Notes under the pieces: model-generated | The model's database searches: none | What the model was told of the DNA's origin: nothing | Seen by the model: the letters and a program-made list of their open reading frames with translations, nothing else | Shown here: in pieces, positions 16,714 through 26,466 of the stretch | Layout of the letters: every line of letters starts with the position of its first letter | Numbering within the stretch: the first letter of the stretch is position 1 | Assembly (NCBI GenBank): GCA_021788105.1 | Contig: JAJYKZ010000004.1 | Location: 1 to 52,065 of the forward strand | DNA length: 52,065 nucleotides | Source of the DNA: a bacterium | GTDB taxonomy: Bacteria; Patescibacteriota; Minisyncoccia; Moranbacterales; UBA2206 | Direction of reading: 5' to 3' | Translations under genes and position numbers: made by a program

Positions 16714-17928
16714 ATGATACGAGATCTATTTAAAGAAACAATGTGGTCGTTGACGGGAAACAAAGTCAGATCGGGACTTACTATTTTGGGTATTGTCATT
16801 GGTATTGCCTCGGTAATTACCATGGTGGCAATAGGTCAGGGAGCGCAAAATTCCATCAATAACAGTATTCAGGCGATCGGTTCCAATCTGATTATTATTA
16901 CTCCTGGCGCGCAACGCGGAACAGCAGTGAGTGCCGGAAGAGGAAGCTCGCAGACTCTAACGATTGACGATGCCAATGCCATTAAATCTCAGGTTCCCAG
17001 TATCAAGGGAGTGGCGCCGGAAGATTCCAGGCGCTATCAGATTATTGCCAAAGGAACCAATACCAACACTCAGGTAATCGGGACTGTTCCGGATTATGCG
17101 ACGGTGCGCAATGTGACGATCGACAGCGGAACGTTTATTACCGGTCAGCAGGTGAGCGGTTCTTCCCGGGTGGCAGTGCTGGGTCCATCGGCGCGCGACG
17201 ATCTTTTTGGAACAGGAGCTGATCCGATCGGGCAATCAATCCGCATTAAGGGAGTTAATTTTACCGTAATCGGAGTAACAGTGTCTAAGGGCGGGACAGG
17301 TTTTAATAATCCGGATGATTCGATTTATGTCCCGCTTTCCGCCGCCCAGCATTATCTGTCGGGCGATACTTTTGTGACAACAATCAGCGTGGCGGCACAA
17401 GACCAAAATTCCATGACCGCTGTGCAGCAACAAGTGACCGACCTGCTTTTGCAAAGGCATAAAATTTCCGATCCGACGCAAGCCGACTTCAGTATTATGA
17501 ACCAATCGGACATCATTGCGACCGCGTCAAGCATCACTGGAACATTCACGATGCTGCTTTCGTCGATTGCCGGCATCTCGCTTTTGGTGGGCGGCATCGG
17601 CATTATGAATATGATGCTGACAACGGTGACTGAGCGGACGCGCGAAATCGGTTTGCGCAAAGCCGTCGGCATCAAAAAGATTTGCATTAATCTGCAATTT
17701 TTGGCGGAAGCGGTGCTGCTTACTTTTTTTGGCGGAGCGATTGGTGTCGTGTTGGGCTGGGGAGCTTCGCTTTTGGTTTCGCATTTCATCAATTTAACAG
17801 CTCAAGTGTCTTTGTCAGCTGTGCTTTTGGCTTTCGGAGTGTCGGCCGGCGTGGGAATTATTTTTGGATTTTATCCGGCCCGCCGAGCAGCGGCGCTCAG
17901 TCCGATCGAAGCGTTGAGATATGAATAA
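16714..17928 (+). CDS. ABC permease (MacB/FtsX family)
   Basis: RSGLTILGIVIG, GGIGIMNMMLTTVTERTREIGLRKAVG, YPARRAAALSPIEALRYE. Confidence 0.95.
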   Translation: MIRDLFKETMWSLTGNKVRSGLTILGIVIGIASVITMVAIGQGAQNSINNSIQAIGSNLIIITPGAQRGTAVSAGRGSSQTLTIDDANAIKSQVPSIKGVAPEDSRRYQIIAKGTNTNTQVIGTVPDYATVRNVTIDSGTFITGQQVSGSSRVAVLGPSARDDLFGTGADPIGQSIRIKGVNFTVIGVTVSKGGTGFNNPDDSIYVPLSAAQHYLSGDTFVTTISVAAQDQNSMTAVQQQVTDLLLQRHKISDPTQADFSIMNQSDIIATASSITGTFTMLLSSIAGISLLVGGIGIMNMMLTTVTERTREIGLRKAVGIKKICINLQFLAEAVLLTFFGGAIGVVLGWGASLLVSHFINLTAQVSLSAVLLAFGVSAGVGIIFGFYPARRAAALSPIEALRYE

Positions 17929-17966
17929 AATAATTTTAAATTTTAATTTTTTAAATTAAAGAAGTT

Positions 17967-18437
17967 ATGAAAAGCAAGAACATCATAATTATTATCATTG
18001 CTCTTCTCGCCGTCGGGGGCGGAGCATTTTATGGAGGAATGATCTATGGAAAAAATAGCGTTGCTTCCCAAAGAAGCGCTGGTTTTGCCGGGAGGCAGCC
18101 GGGTCAGGCAGGACAAGGCGGACGCTTTATGCGCGGCGGCGCCGGAGCTAGCGGAAGCTTTGTGTCCGGACAAATAGCCTCAGAAGATAGCAATAGCATT
18201 ACCGTAAAATCACAGGACGGCAGTTCGAAAATCGTTTTCTTTTCCGGTTCGACCAATATCGGCAAGACCGCGCAAGGATCGTCTTCCGACTTGACGACCG
18301 GAGAAAATGTCGTGGTAACCGGCACCAACAATTCAGACGGCAGTGTCAACGCGCAAAACATTCAAATTCGCCCGGCGCAGCCGCAAAAAGGACAAACTGG
18401 ACAACAACCAGCTCAATCAAATCAGGCGGGACAATAA
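17967..18437 (+). CDS. Membrane-anchored protein (DUF5666-like)
   Basis: TM ending AFYGGM, Gly-rich linker, SITVKSQDGSSKIV, DLTTGENVVVTG...GSVNAQNIQI. Confidence 0.7.
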   Translation: MKSKNIIIIIIALLAVGGGAFYGGMIYGKNSVASQRSAGFAGRQPGQAGQGGRFMRGGAGASGSFVSGQIASEDSNSITVKSQDGSSKIVFFSGSTNIGKTAQGSSSDLTTGENVVVTGTNNSDGSVNAQNIQIRPAQPQKGQTGQQPAQSNQAGQ

Positions 18438-18479
18438 ATTAGAACTCAAATATTTGAAAAGCTCTATCTTTATGCTAGG

Positions 18480-19112
18480 ATGAATAAAATAGAGCTTTTT
18501 AATTTTATGGAATTTTCAAATTTTGCCGGCGCTTTGCAATGGGTGTTGGCGCACAGTTACTTTTTAATGTTTGTCGCCATGCTCATCGAGGGGCCGGTCG
18601 TGACGGCGGCGGCGGCTTTTGCCGTGGCGCTGGGCTATTTTAATTTGGTAATCGTTTTTATTTTGGCGCTGCTGGGTGATTTAGTGGCCGATATTATTTA
18701 TTATTTCATCGGCTATGCCAGCCGCATCACGATCGTCGACAAAATTGGCCATCGATTCGGATTGACCGAGAAAAGAATAAAAAGAATCGAACATCTGGCC
18801 AAGCAGCACAGCTGGAAAACTCTTTTGGTTTTGAAATTGACGCCTTTCATCCCGACGCCGGGACTGATTATTGTCGGGACGACGAAAATGCCGTTGCGCC
18901 GGTTTACGTTTTACAGTTTGGCGATAACTTTGCCGAAAACGATTTTGTTCATGCTGGTCGGCTATTATTTCGGAAAAAGCTACGACATGTTGAGCAGATA
19001 TTTTAAAAACGGTTTTTTCGCTGTTTTAATTGCGGCTGTGATAATCTTGGCAATTTACTACGCTTACCAAAAAATCACTGCGGCATTGGCGGAGAAAATA
19101 GAAAAGGTGTAA
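18480..19112 (+). CDS. DedA/VTT family membrane protein
   Basis: IEGPVVT, GDLVADIIYYFIG, KLTPFIP; true start may be ATG 18507. Confidence 0.85.
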   Translation: MNKIELFNFMEFSNFAGALQWVLAHSYFLMFVAMLIEGPVVTAAAAFAVALGYFNLVIVFILALLGDLVADIIYYFIGYASRITIVDKIGHRFGLTEKRIKRIEHLAKQHSWKTLLVLKLTPFIPTPGLIIVGTTKMPLRRFTFYSLAITLPKTILFMLVGYYFGKSYDMLSRYFKNGFFAVLIAAVIILAIYYAYQKITAALAEKIEKV

Positions 19113-19128
19113 AATATGATATAAACAT

Positions 19129-20355
19129 ATGAAAATTGCAATTTTTTCTGACAATTTTTACCCGGAGCTTACCGGAATTTCCGATTCGATTGTGACAACG
19201 GCTGAATATTTGGGGAAAAACGGCCATCAAGTGCGAATATACGCGCCGCGCTATTCGACCAAAAATTATCAGATTGCCAATCTGCCGGAATGGGAGCTTG
19301 ATTTGGGGGACAACGTCAGTATTTACAGATTTCCTTCTTTGCCTTTTCCAACCGGAACAAAACAATCGCGCTTGGTTATCCCGACCGGATTTTTTTGCAT
19401 GCGCGATTTGAAAAAATTCAATCCCGATGTGATTCATTCGCATCAGTTTTTCGGAACGGGAATTGAGGCGATGCTTGCCGCGAAGTTTCTGAAAATTCCA
19501 TTTGTCGGAACCAATCATACGGTGATTACTGAATATGTCCGCTACGCGCCGATCAAAGCGAAATGGCTGGAAACGCTCAGTCAGAAATATGTCAATTGGT
19601 ATTATGGCCGTTGCGATTTTATCAGCGCGCCTTCCCAATCGGTAATAGATGAAATGGAATCTTTCGGTTTCAAGGTGAAATCAAAAGTTATTTCCAATCC
19701 GATTGATGCCGATGCTTTCAATAATTTTATCGACAGCACGGATATGGAAAGAAAAAAATTAAAACAAAAATTCGGCGTTAATGACAAAACGATTATTTAT
19801 GCCGGAAGGTTTGCGCCGGAAAAAAATATCGATGTCATAATCAAAGCGGTGGCTTTAGTGAAAAAAGATATTCCCGACATAAATCTGGCCATGGCCGGAC
19901 ATGGCGTTCTTTTGGAGGAAATCAGGAAAATGGCTGGAGAATTGGGCATCGCGGAAAATGTGAAATTTCTGGGAACTTTGGACAAATTTGAATTAGCCGA
20001 TCTTTATCGAGCTTCGGAAATTTTTCCCATAACCAGCAAATCTGAAACTCAAAGTATGACTCTGATCCAGGCAATGGCGTGCGGTTTGCCGGTGATCGGC
20101 GTGAGAGCGCGCGCACTGCCGGAATATATCAATGATCGAAACGGAATTCTAATCGAACCGGATGATCACGTGTCGCTGGCTCGAAATATAGTTGAGCTAA
20201 TGAGCGATCGAAAAAAAGCAGAATTGCTGGGCCGGGGCGGCATTGAATCGGTCCGGGAATTTTCTCCGGAAAAAATCGGAAAAAAATGGGAAAAACTCTA
20301 CAGCGAAGTTGCCAAATCTGAAGTAAGTGATAAAATAAAAATATATGAAACTTAG
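19129..20355 (+). CDS. GT4 glycosyltransferase (glycolipid synthase-like)
   Basis: MKIAIFSDNFYPELTGI, THHT-like TNHT, GRFAPEKNID, SETQSMTLIQAMACGLPVI. Confidence 0.92.
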   Translation: MKIAIFSDNFYPELTGISDSIVTTAEYLGKNGHQVRIYAPRYSTKNYQIANLPEWELDLGDNVSIYRFPSLPFPTGTKQSRLVIPTGFFCMRDLKKFNPDVIHSHQFFGTGIEAMLAAKFLKIPFVGTNHTVITEYVRYAPIKAKWLETLSQKYVNWYYGRCDFISAPSQSVIDEMESFGFKVKSKVISNPIDADAFNNFIDSTDMERKKLKQKFGVNDKTIIYAGRFAPEKNIDVIIKAVALVKKDIPDINLAMAGHGVLLEEIRKMAGELGIAENVKFLGTLDKFELADLYRASEIFPITSKSETQSMTLIQAMACGLPVIGVRARALPEYINDRNGILIEPDDHVSLARNIVELMSDRKKAELLGRGGIESVREFSPEKIGKKWEKLYSEVAKSEVSDKIKIYET

Positions 20356-21085
20356 CTTTGTCATTCCGGCGTATAACGAGGAAAACTATATCGGAAAATG
20401 TCTCGAGTCTATTTTTCGTGAAACGAAAGGGAGAGAATACAACATCGAAGTCGTCGTAGTCAACAATGCCAGCACCGACAAGACCAAGGAAGTCGCTTCC
20501 TCTTTTGACGGCGTTATCGTCGTGGATGAAATGAAGAAGGGCTTGGTCAGCGCGCGCAAAGCCGGATTTGATGCCGCTACAGGACATCTGATTGCCAACA
20601 TCGATTCCGATACGGTTCTGACTCCGGGCTGGATAGACAAAGTTTTGCGCGAATTTTCCCAAAATGAAAACTTGGTCGGATTGTCCGGCCCGTTTATTTA
20701 TTATGACCTTTCTCCGAGCGTAAATTTTTGGGTGCGCATCTGGTATTTCTTCGGATTCCTCAGTTATTTAATGAACCGGTTCGTGTTCAAGATAAGTTCG
20801 ATGCTTCAGGGCGGCAATTTCATTATCAAGAAAGAAGCGTTCGAACGGGCGGGCGGCTACAGCAACAGTTTTGATTTTTGGGGCGAGGACACAGACGTGG
20901 CGCGCCGCTTGCACAAAGTCGGCGAGGTGAAATTCACTTTCAAGCTTCCGATCTACACTTCCGGAAGAAGGCTGAAAGCGGAAGGAGTCGTGATGCCGGC
21001 CTTGCGTTATACCGTCAATTATTTATGGGTCATCTTTTTCAAAAAACCTTTCCATAAAACTTTCACGGATATTCGGTTCAAGTAA
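20345..21085 (+). CDS. GT2 glycosyltransferase
   Basis: SFVIPAYNEE, VVNNASTD, IDSD, GEDTD. Confidence 0.93.
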   Translation: MKLSFVIPAYNEENYIGKCLESIFRETKGREYNIEVVVVNNASTDKTKEVASSFDGVIVVDEMKKGLVSARKAGFDAATGHLIANIDSDTVLTPGWIDKVLREFSQNENLVGLSGPFIYYDLSPSVNFWVRIWYFFGFLSYLMNRFVFKISSMLQGGNFIIKKEAFERAGGYSNSFDFWGEDTDVARRLHKVGEVKFTFKLPIYTSGRRLKAEGVVMPALRYTVNYLWVIFFKKPFHKTFTDIRFK

Positions 21086-21145
21086 TATTTGCTTTCAAAC
21101 AGTAAACAGAATATAATGCTTACTCGATAAGTATTATTTTTGTAT

Positions 21146-21853
21146 ATGAAAAAAATAATCATTATTATAATTTTTGCGGTTATTCTTTTGGGCGCTGCTG
21201 TTTTTTATAATGAATTTTCGCACAAACAAAATAATTCCGGCATGAATAGCGGAAATAATTCTCCACAAAATACTTCTTCGCAAAATGCGCCAACTCCAAA
21301 TTCTTCTTCGTCTCAAAACCAAAACGCGCAAAATAATTCTTCGCAGAACGGTTTTGTGCCGCCGCTTCCGGATGCGGCCGCGCGGGTGACAAAAAAACCG
21401 TTTGGGATTTATGTCACGCCGCAAAATTCGCCGGTTCAACCAGAAAGATTCACCGGCTATCATACCGGCGCGGATTTTGAAACTTTTCCCAATGAACAGA
21501 ATGCGACGGTGGCGGTGCACGCGGTTTGCAACGGAACTTTCCGCCTGAAAGAATATGCCAGCGGTTACGGGGGAGTGGCAGTTGAACAATGTACGCTCAA
21601 TGGCAGTCCGATTACGGTGATTTACGGGCACTTGAACGCGGCAACGATCACGCCGAATGTCGGCGATAAGATTTCTGCCGGACAGGCGATCGGCGATCTG
21701 GGCAAAGGCTATTCCGTGCAGACAGACGGCGAAAGGAAACATTTGCATTTGGGATTTCATAAAGGTGCGGCGATCAACATTTTAGGTTATGTTCAAAACA
21801 AAGCCGATCTTGCGCAATGGATCGATCCGTGTTTGTATAATGTGTGCAAGTAA
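21146..21853 (+). CDS. Exported M23 family metallopeptidase
   Basis: N-terminal TM, N/S/Q linker, YHTGADF (HxxxD), YGHL, HLHLG (HxH). Confidence 0.88.
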   Translation: MKKIIIIIIFAVILLGAAVFYNEFSHKQNNSGMNSGNNSPQNTSSQNAPTPNSSSSQNQNAQNNSSQNGFVPPLPDAAARVTKKPFGIYVTPQNSPVQPERFTGYHTGADFETFPNEQNATVAVHAVCNGTFRLKEYASGYGGVAVEQCTLNGSPITVIYGHLNAATITPNVGDKISAGQAIGDLGKGYSVQTDGERKHLHLGFHKGAAINILGYVQNKADLAQWIDPCLYNVCK

Positions 21854-21913
21854 AATTTTTTTTTAATAATTATTTCAAGCAGGACGTAAAAACTCCTGCC
21901 TTTTTTCTTTTCC

Positions 21914-21965
21914 TTGACAAACTCTACAAACCTGATATACTTAGAAAGTCTAACAATTAGATTGT
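21914..21965 (+). promoter_or_regulatory. Promoter plus candidate MarR operator
   Basis: TTGACA (21914-21919), 16-nt spacer, TG-n-TATACT (to 21941); palindrome TTAGA-AAG-TCTAA (21941-21953) and ACAAT-TAG-ATTGT next to it. Confidence 0.65.
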
Positions 21966-21971
21966 AAAATA

Positions 21972-22391
21972 ATGGCGAAAAACGACAAAATAAGCCAGAT
22001 TATATCATTGATGTTTACTACGCGCCGCCTGATGCACGAACGCATTTCAGGCGACAAGACGAAAAGCGGATTTTCGCTTTTGCAGTTCATCGCGCTGAAA
22101 TATATCCGGGAAAAAAGACCGCTCATGAAGGAGCTGGCTGATTTTCTCTCAATCACTCCGCCTTCGGCCACATCTCTCATAGATACTTTGATAAAGGCCG
22201 GTTTGATCAATCGCCAATCCGATCCCGATGACCGCAGAATCGTCCGAATCGGGATCACAAAAAAAGGCGAAGCTTACATCAAAAGGGGAATTGATAAGGC
22301 TTCCGAACATATGCGGGAAAGTTTGAAAAAGCTGAGTGTCAAAGAACAGGATGAATTGATAAATATTTTAAATAAAATAATTCAAGCTTAA
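21972..22391 (+). CDS. MarR family transcriptional regulator
   Basis: MKELADFLSITPPSATSLIDTL; DPDDRRIVRIGITKKG. Confidence 0.93.
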   Translation: MAKNDKISQIISLMFTTRRLMHERISGDKTKSGFSLLQFIALKYIREKRPLMKELADFLSITPPSATSLIDTLIKAGLINRQSDPDDRRIVRIGITKKGEAYIKRGIDKASEHMRESLKKLSVKEQDELINILNKIIQA

Positions 22392-22409
22392 TATTTAATT
22401 AAAAATACG

Positions 22410-23015
22410 ATGAGTAAAAAATTCATGGTAATTTATATTATTGTCTTGCTGATCCTGGGTGCTGCGGTTATTTTGCTTATGCAGTCCGGTATGGCAAAAT
22501 CGATTCCGGCCGACGCTCTGTCGAGCTTGAAAAATAATGTTGCTGAGCCGAATGACTTGGCGGCCAATGAAGCTAATCTCAGTTTTGAAGCGAGCAGTAA
22601 AGTGACCATTATTTCTGAAAAAATCGGAGACTCCGTCGCCGCGGGCGAGGTGTTGGCTAAGATAGACGACACGGCCGCTCTGGCGCAATATTCTCAGGCG
22701 CAAGCCGGTGTCACTGTAGCACAGTCAAATTTAGCAGCTTTGGAGAATGCGCTCAAAGCTCAGAAATTAACATTGAAAGGCTTGCATTCGAATGCTAAAA
22801 AAATCCAGGATAAACAAATCTCGCTGGCAGAAGATAATGTCCATACGCAACAGGCGGTAGTGCAACAGGCGGAAGACAATCTGTCGAACGTGCAGAGCCA
22901 GCTGGATAAATATGAAATCAAAGCTCCATTCGCCGGCGTCATCACTAAGGAGGATATAGTGTTGGGCGAAGTTGCCACTGCCAATGTTCCGGTAATTACA
23001 ATTCAGGCCAAGTAA
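22410..23015 (+). CDS. Short HlyD-family adaptor (lipoyl halves plus alpha-hairpin)
   Basis: KIGDSVAAGEVLAKID, coiled coil, IKAPFAGVIT; ends without a beta-barrel domain. Confidence 0.78.
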   Translation: MSKKFMVIYIIVLLILGAAVILLMQSGMAKSIPADALSSLKNNVAEPNDLAANEANLSFEASSKVTIISEKIGDSVAAGEVLAKIDDTAALAQYSQAQAGVTVAQSNLAALENALKAQKLTLKGLHSNAKKIQDKQISLAEDNVHTQQAVVQQAEDNLSNVQSQLDKYEIKAPFAGVITKEDIVLGEVATANVPVITIQAK

Positions 23016-23046
23016 TCTTTGTAATAATTTTTTATCGTTTTAAAAT

Positions 23047-23688
23047 ATGGAAAATGTAAAAACAAGCTCTAACGCAATTAGTAAAAATAAAGGGATTATT
23101 ATTTTGTTCATACTGACTGTCGTTGTCTCCGGAGTCGTCGGATTTTTCTACTGGCAAGCGACAAAAAACCGGGTGTACACTGATACGGCGCAAATTTCCG
23201 CGCCAACTATTAATCTTTCTTCGACCGAGGGAGGAATCCTCAAGGCGCTTTTTGTCAAAGAAGGCGATGTCGTGCCGGCCAATTTCTCGGTGGCCCAGAT
23301 CGGAAATGAAACGGTCAGAACGGCCACGCCGGGCTTGGTTATTCAAATAAAAAATAGCGTCGGAGAAAATTTTACTTCGGGCGAACCGGTCGTTACGATT
23401 ATTAATCCCCAGGATCTGCGCGTAGATGCTCAGGTGGAAGAAGACAAGGGACTTGCCAATGTGAAGGTTGGCGAACCGGTTGTCTTTACGGTTGACGCTT
23501 TTGGATCGAAAAAATATTACGGTATCGTGGATGAAATTAGTCCGACCGCACATTCGACCGATGTGGTTTTTAACATTTCCGACCAGCGCCAGGAAAATAA
23601 TTTTGACGTAAAAATCCGTTTTGATGCCAACCAATATCCGGAATTGAAGAACGGAATGTCGGCTAAGGTTTGGATTTATAAGAAATAA
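23047..23688 (+). CDS. HlyD/EmrA-like adaptor (lipoyl plus beta-barrel, no hairpin)
   Basis: TM, VKEGDVV, VEEDKGLANVKVGEPVVFTVDAF, LKNGMSAKV. Confidence 0.82.
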   Translation: MENVKTSSNAISKNKGIIILFILTVVVSGVVGFFYWQATKNRVYTDTAQISAPTINLSSTEGGILKALFVKEGDVVPANFSVAQIGNETVRTATPGLVIQIKNSVGENFTSGEPVVTIINPQDLRVDAQVEEDKGLANVKVGEPVVFTVDAFGSKKYYGIVDEISPTAHSTDVVFNISDQRQENNFDVKIRFDANQYPELKNGMSAKVWIYKK

Positions 23689-23847
23689 TAAACATACTTT
23701 GTAGTTCGCCTCTGCCGAAACATGCTTCGGCGCGATAATTTTTTTCGGTTTTTATACTCGACAGCAAATTAAATTTTAAGATTTAAAAAAATTGCTGAGC
23801 GCCTCCGTAATGTTTCGCCATAGTCAAATTGCAAAGTATAAATTTTT

Positions 23848-25326
23848 TTGAATAACACTCATAAAAATTGGAAGTGGTTGGTGCTTTTCACGGTGATCGT
23901 GGGAACTTTTCTCGGAAGATTGGATCAGACAATCGTTAATTTGGCTTTGCCGAAAATCATTACCGATTTTCACATCACGGTTTCGGCGGCCGGCTGGATT
24001 GCCACCGCTTACATTTTAGCTAACGCTATCTTTGTTCCCATCTGGGGAAAACTAGGCGATATGATCGGACAAAAAAGAATTTATATCATCGGTTTTTCTT
24101 TGTTTATTTTCGGTTCTATTTTAGCTGGGCTCTCTTGGAATTTGGGATCGATGATCGGCTTTCGGGTTATCCAGGCGATTGCTGGCTCGGCCGATTATCC
24201 GACTGCCATGGCAATTTTGGCGCTCACTTTTCGAGAAAACAGGGAACGAGCACAGGCGTTGGGAATTTGGTCCTCTTCCTTCGCGGCCGCTTCGGTGTTT
24301 GGACCGTTGATCGGCGGACCGCTGATTGATAATTTCGGCTGGCGATCGGTTTTCTTAATCAATCTTCCGGTCGGAGTGTTCGGACTTATTCTTGCGTTGA
24401 TTTTCATTGCTGAATCGGATAAGAGCAAGAAAATCATCGGCTTCGACTGGTGGGGCGCGCTGGCTTTGGGCACTTCGCTCACCTCGCTTGTCCTAGTTTT
24501 GGATCAAGGATTGAGTTGGGGCTGGTTTTCTTTATATAGCATCCTTTGTTATATTTCAATGATTATTTTCGGAATAATTTTTGTGAAGTTGGAAAAGGAT
24601 AACCCGCACGCGATTGTCGATTTGAAATTTTTCAAGCATAAAGTTTTTATCAACGTGCTTATGAATAACTTTTTGATTTTTATGGTGATGATGGGCTCAG
24701 TCTTCTTGATTCCGATTTTTGCCCAGACCTTTTTAGGTTACGATGCGACGCAAACCGGAATGCTTTTCATACCGATGGCTTTTGCTATGATGTTGGCCGC
24801 GCCGATCGGAGGAAATCTTACCGGAAAAATTCAGGCGCGCTACGTCATTATAGCCAGCACCTTGGTGGCCGGTATCGGTCTGTATATGTTTTCTTTTTTA
24901 GATCCGCGTTCAGGCGCGATGGCAATTATTGTTCCACTGGCGGTGATGGCTTTCGGAATGGGATTCGGAATGGCGCAGCGTACCAACATTATAGCTTCGA
25001 CTGTTCCGCATAACGAAGTGGGGGCCGCCTCTTCTGTTTTGGCTTTGGCGCGCAACATCGCCGGTGCGTTCGGCATTGCCGTCTTCGGAACAATTCTGCA
25101 GAATTTCGAAGGCAGCAATATTTTGGAAATCGCCAAATCCAGCAGTCTCGGCATTCATACAGCGCAAAATTTCCAGCAGTTTATCGGACTGATAATTTTG
25201 AAAGCCCAGATCTTGTCTTACGATAAAGTTTTCGTGATTGCGGGAATTTTGGCGATTCTCGGATCATTTACCGCTTATTGGATCAAAGTTCCGCACGAAA
25301 AAACAGAAAAAGTTTTTGTGGAATAA
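23848..25326 (+). CDS. MFS drug:H+ antiporter, DHA2/EmrB-QacA family
   Basis: LDQTIVNLALP, WGKLGDMIGQKR, GPLIGGPL, WRSVFLINLPVG; about 14 TM; TTG start. Confidence 0.93.
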   Translation: MNNTHKNWKWLVLFTVIVGTFLGRLDQTIVNLALPKIITDFHITVSAAGWIATAYILANAIFVPIWGKLGDMIGQKRIYIIGFSLFIFGSILAGLSWNLGSMIGFRVIQAIAGSADYPTAMAILALTFRENRERAQALGIWSSSFAAASVFGPLIGGPLIDNFGWRSVFLINLPVGVFGLILALIFIAESDKSKKIIGFDWWGALALGTSLTSLVLVLDQGLSWGWFSLYSILCYISMIIFGIIFVKLEKDNPHAIVDLKFFKHKVFINVLMNNFLIFMVMMGSVFLIPIFAQTFLGYDATQTGMLFIPMAFAMMLAAPIGGNLTGKIQARYVIIASTLVAGIGLYMFSFLDPRSGAMAIIVPLAVMAFGMGFGMAQRTNIIASTVPHNEVGAASSVLALARNIAGAFGIAVFGTILQNFEGSNILEIAKSSSLGIHTAQNFQQFIGLIILKAQILSYDKVFVIAGILAILGSFTAYWIKVPHEKTEKVFVE

Positions 25327-25497
25327 TCCCGGAAGCGCAATTAATTTCAAATCAGCTCTATTTTCCTTTTTCAAGCCAAATATAAGTGGCTTGAATTTTT
25401 TTAAATATTTTTTCAGTTGCAAACTTCTGGCGCCGATACTATAATGGCGGGACTCTTTTAAAAATGGAAAAGAGTTTCTAAAAATTAAAATTTAAAA

Positions 25498-26322
25498 ATG
25501 AACAAAAAATTGATGTTTCATCGGCTGAAACCGGTTCTTCTGATTTTACTGGTAATAGCCGTTACGGTTGCAATTTACATTTTTTTCAACGCAAAAGCCA
25601 AAATAGAAAAAACACAAACATCCGGAAATAATCAGCAGAATACCGCGGACCAGACGAAAGGCCTGAACAATTCCTCCGGCATTTCTCTTGCGAAGGCGGA
25701 AAAAAATTCTTCCGTTCCGGTTCCGGCCGATCCCTATCCGGTGCACAAAAATATTTCCACCACGTATTTTTGGGTGGGCGAACCGGCCGACGGGGATAAT
25801 GGACATATTTCCAACAGTCCGAGCGCCTGGGATGACGACTGGGAAAAGCATTTCGGCGGAGTGGATGATCCGAAGAAAAGGAACGGTTATCTGCCGGCCA
25901 AATTCGTTCCCAAAGAAAATCCGTTCTATGCGGCCCTTCCTTATAATGATTTTGACAGCAATGGCAAAAGAAGATCCGACGCCGGAAAAACGATTTATTG
26001 GAGCGGCGGACAAAAATGGGGAAGTCTGCAGTCGGAATGCAAAAATCAATGGGTGAAAATTACCAAAGGCGGCAAAACGGCTTACGCTCAGTGGGAAGAC
26101 GTCGGACCGTTCGGTGAAAATGATGCGGCGTACGTGTTCGGAAGCGCCGCGCCGAAAAATAAAACCAACAATCATGCCGGGCTGGATGTTTCACCGGCCG
26201 TTCATGATTTTCTCGGACTTTCCGATGTGGACAAAACCAGCTGGCAATTCGTGCCCGCCGAAGATGTCCCCGATGGTCCGTGGAAACAGATTGCAACTGC
26301 CTCCCAAATTTTCTGGAATTAA
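25498..26322 (+). CDS. Membrane-anchored protein with RlpA/expansin-like (double-psi beta-barrel) motifs
   Basis: N-terminal TM; YAALPY, WVKI, AQWEDVGP, GLDVSPAV resemble the DxGP...DLS pattern of DPBB proteins. Confidence 0.55.
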   Translation: MNKKLMFHRLKPVLLILLVIAVTVAIYIFFNAKAKIEKTQTSGNNQQNTADQTKGLNNSSGISLAKAEKNSSVPVPADPYPVHKNISTTYFWVGEPADGDNGHISNSPSAWDDDWEKHFGGVDDPKKRNGYLPAKFVPKENPFYAALPYNDFDSNGKRRSDAGKTIYWSGGQKWGSLQSECKNQWVKITKGGKTAYAQWEDVGPFGENDAAYVFGSAAPKNKTNNHAGLDVSPAVHDFLGLSDVDKTSWQFVPAEDVPDGPWKQIATASQIFWN

Positions 26323-26466
26323 AATAAAAACTTTCATACAAGCCATAAAACTCTTTGCGCAATAGCAATATGCCATTTTTCCGGCGGTATTACTATAGCA
26401 AGGAGTTTTTGGTTTTTTGGGTTGCCAAAATGATTTCGTCGCGGCTCTTTGCTTGAACGAAACGCC

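Noticed and set aside
23689-23847. Intergenic stems (GCCGAA/TTCGGC, CAGCAA/TTGCTG) as a riboswitch or ncRNA
   Set aside because: Short stems only; no family consensus I can recognise without an Rfam search
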